Origin: Capsulimonadales bacterium
Lineage (GTDB): Bacteria > Armatimonadota > Armatimonadia > Armatimonadales > Armatimonadaceae
Reading direction: 5' to 3'
Assembly: GCA_033762295.1 (NCBI GenBank)
Contig: JANRLW010000084.1
Location: forward strand, 1 to 64,000
Length of the DNA: 64,000 nucleotides
The notes beneath the pieces are model-generated. The model was not told where the DNA came from, did not search any database, and saw only the letters and a list, made by a program, of their open reading frames with translations. Of this stretch, positions 1 through 9,818 are shown in pieces (position 1 is the stretch's first letter; the number at the start of each line of letters is the position of its first letter). Position numbers and translations under genes: made by a program.

Positions 1-1
1 T

Positions 2-85
2 CTGGTCAACCACCTGAACCATTTCGGCGAGGAGTACGGTCGCGCCGTCGAACGCGCCTGTCACACCGTACTTACGGCTCGGTGA
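2..85 (+). CDS. C-terminal fragment of probable fructosamine kinase family protein (gene begins before window)
   Basis: Frame 2 reads LVNHLNHFGEEYGRAVERACHTVLTAR*, matching the 'L.NH.N.FG..Y' C-terminal motif of fructosamine-3-kinase family proteins. Confidence 0.6.
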   Translation: MVNHLNHFGEEYGRAVERACHTVLTAR

Positions 86-101
86 CCTTTCGATCATCTC
101 C

Positions 102-1373
102 TTACGGATCGAGCGGGTCGATCGGGTCGGCGTAGAGGGAATCGATCTGCGGCAGGAACTCGAGATCGAACGGGGACAGTCGCTTCAGCGTCTTGTGCGG
201 CTGGTAACCGAAGATATTCTGACAGCGTCGAAAGAACCCTTCCCCCGCGATATCCGCGCTCTGGTAGGTATTGGTCGTGATCAGGCCGGGACGGTCGAAC
301 GGAAAGCCGTATCGGTACATCAATCGCGCCGCGTTTCGCAGGTTGGTCGTCGTATGCCGGGCGTGCGGATCGATCAGGATCGCGTTCTCCGGAATCGAGA
401 AATCTTTCAGCAACGCCTGTTTCATCTCGTAGGCTTCGCAATACGGGGTCTGCTTCGGATGGACGTATCCGCCCGACACCAGCAAAAACGGCGCTTTCCC
501 CTCACGGAATCGACGGACCGCCAGAGTCAGGGCCAGTTTCGCGATCGGCGACAGGCGAACGCCCGGCTCCTCCGGCCCGTATCCCGGCACGACAATCACC
601 GTGTAGGGGTATTTGCTCCAGTCGAGGGTCGCCGCCCGCCGGAACGCGGCCCGGTTCTCCCCCTTCTCCAGCGGTTCGAACCGGCCTGCCTCATCACGCC
701 GGTTGGCATCGAGTAACGCCAGACCGAAGCCCAGCACGGCCTGAAAAAACAGGGGACGCTTCGGAAGCGTCTCCTGTTCCGCGCCCAGAATATTGTGGAG
801 CAGTGCGCCGTACAGAAAGGATTTGGCGTCGTAAGAGATGGAATCGATCTGCGGCGAACGGCCGTTATTGCCCAGACCATAGACGGAAATCAGGTTATTG
901 ATTCCGCGTGCACAATCGCCCCAGGCGGCCGCCAGAAACGTCGCCCCGTTCCCGTCATCGTGTTTACGGTACAGTCCGCAACGACGTAACGGTTCGTCGG
1001 TCAGCCGTCGCACCGCCGGTTGCGTTCGATAAAGGTCCGTCAGGACCGCCCCGACCTGTCGGATCTCCTCCTCCGAAAACATCAGATTCGCGATCTCCCG
1101 CGCGTCCCCGCCGAGGCTTTTTTCGAACGCCTGTTTCAGCGCGTCCACCTTCGCTTCCCGCAGTTTTCGCAACGGTTCGGAGCGCATCAGGGCCTCCGAG
1201 ACGCGCGTATCCCGTTCGATCAGCGAGAGCAGATAGAAATTTTTATCCTGTACGGGCGAGCGCAGAACGAGCGGTGTCCGTTCGGGCACGACAACGGCGG
1301 TCTGGCCGAGCGCCGGGGAAGGCCCGACGATAGCCGCAAGGATAAGCAGCCGGAGGTCGAGGAGCGTTTTCAT
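102..1373 (-). CDS. Secreted YdcF/DUF218 family protein
   Basis: N-terminal signal peptide; C-terminal DUF218 motifs IVVPGYG, LLVSGG, EAYEMK and ARHTTTNLRNA. Confidence 0.8.
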   Translation of the reverse strand: MKTLLDLRLLILAAIVGPSPALGQTAVVVPERTPLVLRSPVQDKNFYLLSLIERDTRVSEALMRSEPLRKLREAKVDALKQAFEKSLGGDAREIANLMFSEEEIRQVGAVLTDLYRTQPAVRRLTDEPLRRCGLYRKHDDGNGATFLAAAWGDCARGINNLISVYGLGNNGRSPQIDSISYDAKSFLYGALLHNILGAEQETLPKRPLFFQAVLGFGLALLDANRRDEAGRFEPLEKGENRAAFRRAATLDWSKYPYTVIVVPGYGPEEPGVRLSPIAKLALTLAVRRFREGKAPFLLVSGGYVHPKQTPYCEAYEMKQALLKDFSIPENAILIDPHARHTTTNLRNAARLMYRYGFPFDRPGLITTNTYQSADIAGEGFFRRCQNIFGYQPHKTLKRLSPFDLEFLPQIDSLYADPIDPLDP

Positions 1374-1389
1374 AGGTTTGGGACAAACG

Positions 1390-1421
1390 AACGGCCCGGA
1401 GGGGATTCTCCTCGGGCCGTT
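1390..1421 (-). terminator. Intergenic stem-loop between DUF1559 gene and YdcF gene (terminator or stabilising hairpin)
   Basis: aacggcccgga...ctcgggccgtt inverted repeat; on the minus strand it is followed by TTCGTTTG. Confidence 0.45.
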
Positions 1422-1433
1422 GGTCAGGTCAGG

Positions 1434-2330
1434 TTACGGGGTGACGGTCGTCGTCGGTTTCTGCAGCTTGAAGAAGTAGAAATCGTTTCCGCGAATGCGG
1501 CCCCAGGTCATCCACCGGGCCGAGCCGTCGGCGAAGACGAAGTTCGAACCATTGGCATGACCGACCGTCGGAATGCCGTTGTGCAGGCCGAGCTGGGTGC
1601 AGATGGCCGGGATCGAATCGACTCCGGAGGTCGCCCCCGGTCTGCGTCCGGCCAGTTTCCAGGTGTCGCAAAGGACGAACCCGGCGGCATGCGGCGCGCC
1701 GACATAGGAGGAGTCCGTCGGGTCATTGCTCTTGCCCCAGACCTCGACAAAAACGACGGTGTCGGAGGGTTGATCCACCGCCGCCATCGACCGTCCGCGA
1801 CCGGAACCGCTCGGTTCGTTCAGAATCGGGTTCGGGTAGGTGCTGACGCCGGTATTCAGATCGACATACGGCGCAACCCGCCCGCTCGAGTCGGTGGCGA
1901 TCGTGCCCACGTACTGGTAGGAGCGAATAATGCTTCGAGCGCGATAGGACTCATCCCAGAAGGTCAGGGCGGTGCTGGAGGCAGGCACCCGGTTGCCGGG
2001 GGAATCGCTCGGGCAGGCGAAAATCTGAGCGTTCTTGATATACGGCATCAGTTGCATGTCAAAGGGTTTGCGCAGCGATCGGTTCGGGTCCTGCGGGGTT
2101 TGCTCGTTCTGGAGGTTGCCCGGATAGATTTCATCGTAATCCTGGACATACATCATCAGGGCGATTCCCATCTGACGGTTGTTGCTGAGACAGGAGGTCT
2201 GGCGGGCCTTGTCGCGGGCCTGAGCGAAGACGGGGAAAAGAATGGCGGCCAGAATGGCGATGATAGCGATCACGACGAGCAGCTCGATCAGCGTGAACGC
2301 CCGACGCGACCGGGCGAAGAGGACGGACAT
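1434..2330 (-). CDS. DUF1559 prepilin-type N-terminal cleavage/methylation protein with H-X9-DG motif
   Basis: [41 protein letters not shown]-terminal [12 protein letters not shown]. Confidence 0.92.
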   Translation of the reverse strand: MSVLFARSRRAFTLIELLVVIAIIAILAAILFPVFAQARDKARQTSCLSNNRQMGIALMMYVQDYDEIYPGNLQNEQTPQDPNRSLRKPFDMQLMPYIKNAQIFACPSDSPGNRVPASSTALTFWDESYRARSIIRSYQYVGTIATDSSGRVAPYVDLNTGVSTYPNPILNEPSGSGRGRSMAAVDQPSDTVVFVEVWGKSNDPTDSSYVGAPHAAGFVLCDTWKLAGRRPGATSGVDSIPAICTQLGLHNGIPTVGHANGSNFVFADGSARWMTWGRIRGNDFYFFKLQKPTTTVTP

Positions 2331-2380
2331 AATAACAGGCTCCCTGAACGTTTCTCCGATACCCTCGGAATTTAATATTC

Positions 2381-2424
2381 ATTATACCGAAGCATCCTGT
2401 CTGTCACGTTAAGGCAAGGTTAAA
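2381..2424 (-). promoter_or_regulatory. Promoter of DUF1559 gene: -10 TATAAT plus upstream 11-bp-period direct repeat
   Basis: Minus strand reads TTTAAC-N5-CTTAAC (2424-2408), 21 nt, TATAAT (2386-2381). Confidence 0.55.
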
Positions 2425-2486
2425 TTCTCTCCGCGTCCATTCCCTCCGGCGAACGGTCCGCACCGTGTTTTGCGCTATACTCGAGT

Positions 2487-3077
2487 ATGAACCCCGAAAG
2501 CCCGGTGCTTCTGATCTCCTCCGGTTCCCTCACCGTCATTTGCGGTTCCATGTTCTCCGGTAAAACGGAGGAATTGATCCGTCGGATTCGCCGTGCGCTG
2601 TACGCACGCAAAAAGGTACAGGTCTTCAAGCCCGATATCGATACGCGAAACGAAAATACGCAGATCCGTTCGCATAACGGCCTGTTGTTCGATGCCGTCA
2701 CCGTGCGATCCGGTCGGGAACTATGGGAGCGGACGGACCCGACGACCGATCTGGTCGCCCTGGAAGAGATTCAGTTTTTCGATCCGGAGATCGTACCGGT
2801 CTGCCAGAAGCTGGCAGACCGGGGGCATCAGGTGGTGGCGGCGGGCCTGGATATGGACTTTCGCGGTTGCCCGTTCGGGTCCGTTCCCGCCCTGATGGCG
2901 GTCGCCGACGAGGTGGTGAAACTGCACGCCGTTTGCGCCCGGTGCGGCGCGGAGGCGTCGCGCTCCCAGCGGCTGATCGACGGCCGTCCGGCCCCTCTTT
3001 CCGCGCCGACGGTGCTTATCGGGGCATCCGAGCATTATGAGGCCCGCTGTCGGCGCTGCCATCAGGCGGGGGAGTGA
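2487..3077 (+). CDS. tdk: Thymidine kinase
   Basis: GSMFSGKTEELIRR P-loop, (L)EEIQFF, AGLDMDFRG.PFG, Zn-binding CARC...CRRC, YEARCRRCH. Confidence 0.96.
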   Translation: MNPESPVLLISSGSLTVICGSMFSGKTEELIRRIRRALYARKKVQVFKPDIDTRNENTQIRSHNGLLFDAVTVRSGRELWERTDPTTDLVALEEIQFFDPEIVPVCQKLADRGHQVVAAGLDMDFRGCPFGSVPALMAVADEVVKLHAVCARCGAEASRSQRLIDGRPAPLSAPTVLIGASEHYEARCRRCHQAGE

Positions 3078-4257
3078 TCGGGGCCGTGATTCCGGCGGCC
3101 CGCCCGCCCCGCCGCTGACGGATCTGTTCGAGTTGGGCGCGAACGGCCGGCACGTCACGGTCGTCGGGAGCCAGGGCAAGAAAGGTCTCCAGCGCGGTCT
3201 CCGCTGTCCGGTACGGCTCCTCGTCCTCCGTCACCCGGGCCAGCTTGATGCACGCCTGCGCGAGATTGAAAAAGGCGGCGGGATCGCTTCGACGGCGGCG
3301 CGTCGCCTCGTTCAGAGTGGCGACCGCCTCGGCATAGTCCGGCGCGGCCCGCGCATCGTCCGCTCGCTCCCACTCCCGGTCCGCCCGGCTCATATAACAG
3401 AGCGACAGTTGGAACCAGGCGTTTCCGTCGTCGGGGCGCAGGCGGGTGAATCGTCGCAGATCGGTAATCGCCCGGTCCCATTTTCGCAGTCGAAGGTACG
3501 CCATCCCCCGGTTGAAATACGACTCGGCGTCGTCCGGAATATAACCGATATGGACGTTCAGGCAGTCGATGGCGTCGGCGAAGTTCTGCGCATGGAGCAA
3601 TGCCAGGGCGCGGTTGCGATAGGAAGCGGCGTCCGCCGGTCGGATGCGGATGCACTCGGCGTAGTCATCGGCGGCTTTGGCATAGTTCCGCAACAGGTAG
3701 TGGCCGAAGGCGCGGTTCCGAAAGGCGTCGAAGGATTCGGAACGTACGCCGATGACCCGGTCGAAGTCGCCTATCGCCTCCTCCGGCCGTCCCAGATGCA
3801 GTAACGTAACTCCCCTCAGATAGCGCAGTTCCGGTCCGTCCGTACGGGTTCCCGCACAGGCATCGAAATCCTCCAGCGCGAAGGAATACTGCGCCTGCGC
3901 CATCCGGATCTGCCCCCGCAGAAAACAAGATTCGGGCGAGGGCGAAAGGGCGATCAGGGGGGTCAATTCGCGCAGGGCCTCGGCCGGCATCCCGCGTTGA
4001 TAGAGGGTCCGACTGCGCTCAAAGCGGCTCGACAACCGGTCGGTCGTCGGCGCATTATCGAGCCGCAGGCCGGTCGCCCAGGTCATCACCGCCCGCACGG
4101 TGACCGGAACCGGATGAGACATCTCGATCGGGTCCTCCGCCTGCGCCGACACCGCGGGCACAAGAAGGCACCAGACGACACCGGACACGCGCGATCCGCG
4201 CCCTCCGCTCCGATGCCACCAGGAACGATACCAAAAAAGAAGGGGGTTCTGCAGCAT
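3016..4257 (-). CDS. Tetratricopeptide repeat protein, probably exported (start uncertain)
   Basis: Multiple TPR units (YFNRGMAYLRLRKWDRAITD, YRNRALALL...AIDC); hydrophobic N-terminal segment. Confidence 0.8.
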   Translation of the reverse strand: MLQNPLLFWYRSWWHRSGGRGSRVSGVVWCLLVPAVSAQAEDPIEMSHPVPVTVRAVMTWATGLRLDNAPTTDRLSSRFERSRTLYQRGMPAEALRELTPLIALSPSPESCFLRGQIRMAQAQYSFALEDFDACAGTRTDGPELRYLRGVTLLHLGRPEEAIGDFDRVIGVRSESFDAFRNRAFGHYLLRNYAKAADDYAECIRIRPADAASYRNRALALLHAQNFADAIDCLNVHIGYIPDDAESYFNRGMAYLRLRKWDRAITDLRRFTRLRPDDGNAWFQLSLCYMSRADREWERADDARAAPDYAEAVATLNEATRRRRSDPAAFFNLAQACIKLARVTEDEEPYRTAETALETFLALAPDDRDVPAVRAQLEQIRQRRGGRAAGITAPITPPPDGSADSGPHNARMPR

Positions 4258-4457
4258 CCGTTCCGCTCCCGTCCGTTCCGGACTATTACGATGGCCGCTC
4301 CGTACGTCCGATGTTTAGTCCCGTCGTCCGCAAGGAGGCTTCAGAAATCTTCGAACTCTTCTTCACGATTACGATCGAAACCCGCACGAGATTCCGTCCG
4401 CCCATCGCGAAAAGTCATAGGAATGCTATAAAATCCATCGAGGGAGAACCGTGGTCC

Positions 4458-4934
4458 ATGAAACCGGGATGGGATTATCTGCTGAACGCGATCGGGCATA
4501 CGCCGGTCACGCTTAACGCTCTGCTGTCCGCACGAGACGGCGGCGATCCGGTCTGGGAGGGGCGGACGGACCCCGATCGGTTCCGGCTGCGCGAGGTCGT
4601 CGCGCATCTGGCCGACTGGGAAGCGATCTTCCGCGAGCGGCTGGAGCGAATCGTCACCGAGGAACATCCCCTGCTGCTGCGCCCGGATCCGGACGAACGC
4701 GCCCGTGCGCAGGGGTACGCGACCGCCGACCCGCACGAATGTCTGCTCCGGTTCGCGGCCCGCCGAACGGAGACGGTCGCATGGCTGCGTACCCTCGAAA
4801 CGGAGCGGATCGAGCGCACCGGCCATCTTGATCGCCTGGGCGACCTTTCGCTGCATACCCTCGTCGTTCTGATACTCGGCCACGACGCCTATCATCTGCG
4901 GCAGACCGCCGAATCGCTTCAGGCCGCAACCTAA
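4458..4934 (+). CDS. DinB/YfiT family putative metal-dependent protein
   Basis: EVVAHLADWE and GHDAYHLRQ His motifs; ATG 4458 follows GAGGGAG SD. Confidence 0.85.
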   Translation: MKPGWDYLLNAIGHTPVTLNALLSARDGGDPVWEGRTDPDRFRLREVVAHLADWEAIFRERLERIVTEEHPLLLRPDPDERARAQGYATADPHECLLRFAARRTETVAWLRTLETERIERTGHLDRLGDLSLHTLVVLILGHDAYHLRQTAESLQAAT

Positions 4935-5854
4935 AGGAACAGACGAAGCACGTTTCGGAGCATGGCGATCGCGGCGGCGGCGACGAGACCGGCGAAGGCC
5001 AGACGCAATACGCGATTGGGAAGGCGATGGGTGGTCAGCGCGCCCAGTTGCGCCCCGACCGAGGAGCCGACCAGCAGAGTCATTGCCAGCGGAAGCGAGA
5101 CCGTCCCGGCCAGCGCCGCCTGCACGGTCCCCAGGCAGACGGTGAGAAAAAGCAACAGTACCCCGGTTCCCGCCGCGTTCCGGGCGGAGATGCCGAAGCC
5201 ATACATCAGGACCGGCATCAGCAGAACGCCCCCACCGACGCCCATCACCCCGGAGAGGAACCCGAGACCGAACCCCATGTATGCCAGTAACGGCACGGAG
5301 ACCTGCGACAATCCGATGTTCGGCAGGTCGATAAACGGCGGCAGGCGGACCTCCGTCGCCAGCGGACCGGGAATCGTCCGATCGCCGCGGGGCGGATCAT
5401 GGCGCGCCCGCCAGGTTTCGAGGAAGATGAACAGGGCGATCGCGGAGAGGATCACGACGAAAAGGCCGTCAATGACCGCGGTCGCGAGCGGAATCGTTCG
5501 TCCGGACGGCAGGCGCAGGGGCGTCTGTCCGGCCAGGTGCCGCAGAAGGCGTCCCCCGGCATCCACCCCGATCAGACTGCCGCCGACCATCACCAGATCG
5601 ATCCGCGGTTCGCCACGTTTCAGCATCCGGTACTTCAGGAAGGAGGCGAGAGCGGTGCCGATCTGCTGACAGAGAGCGGTGCCGACGGCGATCGCAGGCG
5701 GCACGCCAAAGCCGTACATCAGTACCGGGGTGAGAAGAAAACCGCCTCCGACACCGAACATTCCGGCGACGAATCCGACCGCCAGACCGACCAGGATCAC
5801 CGCGACTGGCGAAACCTCCGGCCCGATACCGTTCGCGAACCGAATCCACTCCAT
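4931..5854 (-). CDS. Sulfite exporter TauE/SafE family membrane protein
   Basis: Two internal repeats GMFGVGGGFLLTP and GVMGVGGGVLLMP; about 8 TM segments. Confidence 0.9.
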   Translation of the reverse strand: MEWIRFANGIGPEVSPVAVILVGLAVGFVAGMFGVGGGFLLTPVLMYGFGVPPAIAVGTALCQQIGTALASFLKYRMLKRGEPRIDLVMVGGSLIGVDAGGRLLRHLAGQTPLRLPSGRTIPLATAVIDGLFVVILSAIALFIFLETWRARHDPPRGDRTIPGPLATEVRLPPFIDLPNIGLSQVSVPLLAYMGFGLGFLSGVMGVGGGVLLMPVLMYGFGISARNAAGTGVLLLFLTVCLGTVQAALAGTVSLPLAMTLLVGSSVGAQLGALTTHRLPNRVLRLAFAGLVAAAAIAMLRNVLRLFL

Positions 5855-5857
5855 CGT

Positions 5858-6028
5858 TCAGATATGGTACTCCGGCGAGATGCCCTCGCGGTCGGTCGGC
5901 GCGTTCCGCCCCTCGCTCCGTCGACGGCGCGCCAGCCGCTCCTCCACCCATGCCGTCGCCCGGACGACGATCATACCCCAGGCGATCGGCACGATCACGC
6001 ATAATGCCGCATAGAACCATCCGTTCAT
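5858..6028 (-). CDS. Small single-pass membrane protein (56 aa)
   Basis: MNGWFYAALCVIVPIAWGMIVVRATAW then basic RRRR; stop 3 nt before the TauE start. Confidence 0.55.
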   Translation of the reverse strand: MNGWFYAALCVIVPIAWGMIVVRATAWVEERLARRRRSEGRNAPTDREGISPEYHI

Positions 6029-6184
6029 CGAAGCAGGGAATTCCTCCCGAGAATTACCTCTTGAAAGGTACCCTCGATCGGACGGAATCCGATTGTCCGT
6101 CTTATGCCGGGGAAGGAATAAATAGGCGGCTATTGCGGTATAAAGCCGGAAAAGATACATTCAACCAGGATTTGATTTCGGTCG

Positions 6185-7927
6185 ATGGCAGACGAAACTT
6201 CACCTTCGGAAAAGGCGATCGAGGACAACGATTTCGGGAGCGGCGGGAGCGGAGAGGCGAACCGCTCCTCCCATTCGACCGCCAACCTGCCGGACTTTCT
6301 TTTCCTGGCGGAGCGAAGCGATGAGATGATCGTGGCGTTCGACTCCGCGTTTTGCTATACGTACGTCAACCCCGCCGCCGAAGCGTTGATCGGACCGCGG
6401 GAGACCGTTCTCGGACGCAACCTGTGGGAGGTGTCGCCACAGACCGAAGGGACGGTGTACGCGCAACAGTACCGGCGTTCGATGCGGGAACGGGCCATCA
6501 TTGAGTTCGAGGAGTTCTACCCGCCGCGTCGTCGCCGGAACCGCGTTCGCTGCGTCCCGACCCCCGATGGCGGGTTGATCCTCCAGGCGCGCGACGTCAC
6601 CGGGCAACATGAGGAGGAACAGCGCCGAGCCTTCCTCGCGGAGCTGTCCGAACGAGTCCGAAACCTGACGGACCCCGATGCCGTGGTTATCGAGACGGTT
6701 CGCCGAACCGGGGAGTTTTTCGAAGCCTCCCGCTGCACCTACGCGGAAGCCGACGAATCCGCCGCGACCCTGACCGTCCGCCAGGACTGGACGCGTAGCG
6801 ACCTTCCGGCGATAACCGGCGCCTTTCCGATCGGAGAGGCCGATACGTTCGTCGTCTCCAGTCTCCGCTCCGCCCTCCCCCTGGTTTCGGCGGACATCGA
6901 GACGGACCCCCGTTTCTCCGAAGCGGAGCGGCGACAGTTGATCGAGGTCGGCACGCGCGCCCTCATCAACATTCCGATCCGTCGGAACGGTCGTCTGGCG
7001 GGAACGATGACCGTTCATGATTTTCAGCCTCGATTCTGGTCCGAGCAACAGGTGATCCTGCTCGACCAGATCGCCGAGAGAACCTGGCAGGCGGTCGAGA
7101 GAGCCTCTCTGCTACGCCATCTCGAGCAGTCGGAAGCCCGGCAACGCCGGATCGCGGAGACGCTGATCCGGTCGCTCCTGGTGACGCCGGCCCCGAATGC
7201 CTTTCCCGGCTTGGAGGTCTGCGCCTACTATGAGGCGGCCTCGCGAGACGCCCAGGTGGGCGGAGATGCCTATGATTTCGTCCGCCTGGCCGACGGTCGT
7301 ATCGGGCTGTGCGTCTTCGACGTCACCGGTCACGGCACGGACGCCGCTCTGTTCTTCGCCGATATCAAATATTCCCTGCGAATCTACCTCCGCGAAACCG
7401 GCGGCGACACGGCTCTTGCGCTGGGCCGACTCAACGACCATCTTCTCGACGGACAGCGTCTGGATGGCCATCCCCCGGATGTCTTTGTCTGCGCCATTGT
7501 CGCCGTTCTGGACCCGACGTCCGGAGAACTGAACGTTTCGATCGCCGGGATGGAATCGCCGCTATTGTTTCGGTCGGCGACCGGCAGGACGGAACCTCTC
7601 CGTTCGCCCGGCGGTCTGCTTCTTGGCGCGCTGCCGGACTGGCGGGGTGATACGGTCCGAACGTTTCTGGGAGTCGGGGATGTGCTCCTCTGTTATACGG
7701 ACGGGATCAGCGAAGCCCGCTCCGACCCTGACCTCGGTCTTTTCGGCGAACAGGGTATTATCCGGGCGCTTGCCGGGTCGCTTCCGTCCGCTCCGCTGGA
7801 ACGTGTGGCCGCCGCCGTCGTCGAGTCCGCCCGCGCGTTCGCCAACGGTGTCACGTCGGACGATATCAGCCTGCTGGCCGTCCGGCGGACGCCGTATCCG
7901 CAAACAGGAGACACCGAAAATCCATGA
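6185..7927 (+). CDS. PAS-GAF-SpoIIE (PP2C/RsbU-type) serine phosphatase
   Basis: PAS (YVNPAAE), GAF, then VGGDAYD, DVTGHG, YTDGISEA and DDISLL PP2C motifs. Confidence 0.92.
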   Translation: MADETSPSEKAIEDNDFGSGGSGEANRSSHSTANLPDFLFLAERSDEMIVAFDSAFCYTYVNPAAEALIGPRETVLGRNLWEVSPQTEGTVYAQQYRRSMRERAIIEFEEFYPPRRRRNRVRCVPTPDGGLILQARDVTGQHEEEQRRAFLAELSERVRNLTDPDAVVIETVRRTGEFFEASRCTYAEADESAATLTVRQDWTRSDLPAITGAFPIGEADTFVVSSLRSALPLVSADIETDPRFSEAERRQLIEVGTRALINIPIRRNGRLAGTMTVHDFQPRFWSEQQVILLDQIAERTWQAVERASLLRHLEQSEARQRRIAETLIRSLLVTPAPNAFPGLEVCAYYEAASRDAQVGGDAYDFVRLADGRIGLCVFDVTGHGTDAALFFADIKYSLRIYLRETGGDTALALGRLNDHLLDGQRLDGHPPDVFVCAIVAVLDPTSGELNVSIAGMESPLLFRSATGRTEPLRSPGGLLLGALPDWRGDTVRTFLGVGDVLLCYTDGISEARSDPDLGLFGEQGIIRALAGSLPSAPLERVAAAVVESARAFANGVTSDDISLLAVRRTPYPQTGDTENP

Positions 7928-9555
7928 TGCCACCGTCCCTCCCGGAACTCCCGGACCATCTCACCGCGCTCCGTTTGCTGGAAGAAGCGGACCAGGCCAT
8001 CATTCGTTTTACCCGCGACTGGCGGTTCGCTTATTTGAATCCCGCCGCGCAGCGCATGATCCGGCGTCGAAGCGAGGACCTCCTGGGCCGCGTCGTCTGG
8101 GAAGAGTATCCGGATATCATCGGAACTCCGTTCCGGGATCGCGGCCTGCAGGCGCAGGAGGAAGGCCGTGAGATCACGTACGAGGAGTACTATCCGCCGC
8201 TCGCGACCTGGTTCCGGATTCGCGCCGTCCCCGATCCGGGAGGGGAAGTCACTTACTTTCTACAGGATATCACTCCGGCGCGTATGAAACGGGCGTTACG
8301 GGTGATCGATGCAGGTCTGGTCGGTATTCTTCAATGGACGCTGGATGGGGGTGTTACCGAGGCGAACGACACCTGTCTGAAGATGGTCGGCTACGACCGA
8401 GCGGACCTCCGGGCCGGTCGGATCAACTGGCGGGCGATCACCCCTCCGGAATGGACGGCGCGCGATGAACAGGCGCTGGAGGAACTCCGGCGCACCGGGC
8501 GACACGCGGCCTTCGAAAAGGAGTATATCCGCAAGAACGGCACCCGTGTTCCGCTGCTGGTCGGGGGCGCGTTGTTCGAGGGTTCCGACCGCGAGGGAGT
8601 CTCTTTCCTGCTCGACCTGACCCGTCTGAAGGAGACGCAGGAGCGTCTGCGCCTGGCCTTGCTGTCGGGCGGACTGGGCACCTGGGATATCGATCGGTTG
8701 ACCGGTCGGATGACCTTTTCGGAGGAAGTCCCCCCGTTTTACGGGCGACCGCGAGCCGTGACGACCCTCGATCCGGAGGAATGGTTTTCGCACTGGGTCC
8801 ATCCGGACGATCGGGATCGGATGCGGGCGGTTCACGCCAACACCGGGCCGACCACCCCGGAAGCGCAGTTTCGAACGCTCTGGCCGGACGGCTCCACCTA
8901 CCGCTGGGTCGCCTCGTACGGTCTGAATATCCGGGACGAGGCGGGGAACCCGGTGCGTTCGGTCGGTTATACACGGGACATTACGGCGGAAAAGGAGCGG
9001 GAAGCGGAGCGGGATACGATGTTGCGCCGGCATCGCCTCTTTATGCGCGATCTGGTCTCCTCCCTGACCGAGGGTAAGTTCCGGCTCTGTTTTTCGGAGA
9101 GCGAACTGCCGGAGCCGCCTCCGGCGACCTCCCGGGCGATCGAGTTGACCCCTCCGACCCTTAGCCGGTTCCGTCAGGAGGTGACCGACGTGGCCCGACA
9201 GCTGGATTTTCCGGTCGAACGGACGTACGACCTGCTGACTGCGGCGGGGGAAGCCTCGATGAACGCGGTGACGCATGGCGGCGGCGGACTCGGTTGGGTC
9301 TGCGTCGGCGAGGATGGCGACCTTATCCGGATTTGGATTTCCGATCATGGTCGGGGAATTTCGGAGGAGGCGCTCCCACGGGTTCTGGAGAAGGGCATGT
9401 CGACAACCGGCACGCTCGGGCATGGTTTCTGGCTGATCCTGCGCTGCGCCGACCGCTGCTATCTTCTGACCGGCCCCGGAGGAACGACGGTCGTGCTGGA
9501 GCAGGAGCGGAACGCTCCGGTCCCCGGTTGGCTGGCACGGGTCAGCCACCTTTGA
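7924..9555 (+). CDS. Multi-PAS protein with RsbW/SpoIIAB-type HATPase (anti-sigma kinase-like) domain
   Basis: Three PAS domains; EASMNAVTHG N-box, ISDHGRGI G1, LGHGF G2; no HisKA H-box; ATGA overlap with the upstream gene. Confidence 0.85.
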   Translation: MMPPSLPELPDHLTALRLLEEADQAIIRFTRDWRFAYLNPAAQRMIRRRSEDLLGRVVWEEYPDIIGTPFRDRGLQAQEEGREITYEEYYPPLATWFRIRAVPDPGGEVTYFLQDITPARMKRALRVIDAGLVGILQWTLDGGVTEANDTCLKMVGYDRADLRAGRINWRAITPPEWTARDEQALEELRRTGRHAAFEKEYIRKNGTRVPLLVGGALFEGSDREGVSFLLDLTRLKETQERLRLALLSGGLGTWDIDRLTGRMTFSEEVPPFYGRPRAVTTLDPEEWFSHWVHPDDRDRMRAVHANTGPTTPEAQFRTLWPDGSTYRWVASYGLNIRDEAGNPVRSVGYTRDITAEKEREAERDTMLRRHRLFMRDLVSSLTEGKFRLCFSESELPEPPPATSRAIELTPPTLSRFRQEVTDVARQLDFPVERTYDLLTAAGEASMNAVTHGGGGLGWVCVGEDGDLIRIWISDHGRGISEEALPRVLEKGMSTTGTLGHGFWLILRCADRCYLLTGPGGTTVVLEQERNAPVPGWLARVSHL

Positions 9556-9672
9556 ACCTCCGATCCGTCGCGGAGCGGGGAAAAAATCGACCGGCCACCC
9601 GTGCGAAATCGGGCGGCGTATGATAATCTATTCTCCGCGATATGTCGCCGGGACCGACGTATCCCTCCCTTT

Positions 9673-9746
9673 GGCAGCTTAGCTCAGCTGGTTAGAGCAG
9701 CGGATTCATACCCCGCAGGTCCCCGGTTCGAGTCCGGGAGCTGCTA
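9673..9746 (+). tRNA. tRNA-Met (CAT), elongator type; CCA not encoded
   Basis: GGCAGCT acceptor pairs with AGCTGCT; D arm AGCTCAGCTGGTTAGAGC; anticodon loop TTCATAC; T loop TTCGAGT; G1.U72 pair argues against initiator tRNA. Confidence 0.93.
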
Positions 9747-9818
9747 CTCCCCCGTCCCCGTCTCTTCCCTTTTCCGCAGGATCGGTCCCCTCGACGTGTA
9801 ACGATCCGATCAGGCCGA

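Noticed and set aside
9673..9746. Initiator tRNA-fMet or tRNA-Ile2 assignment
   Set aside because: G1.U72 pairing, absence of the three consecutive GC anticodon-stem pairs next to the loop, and the TTCATAC loop fit elongator Met better; Ile2 is not fully excluded without tRNAscan-SE.
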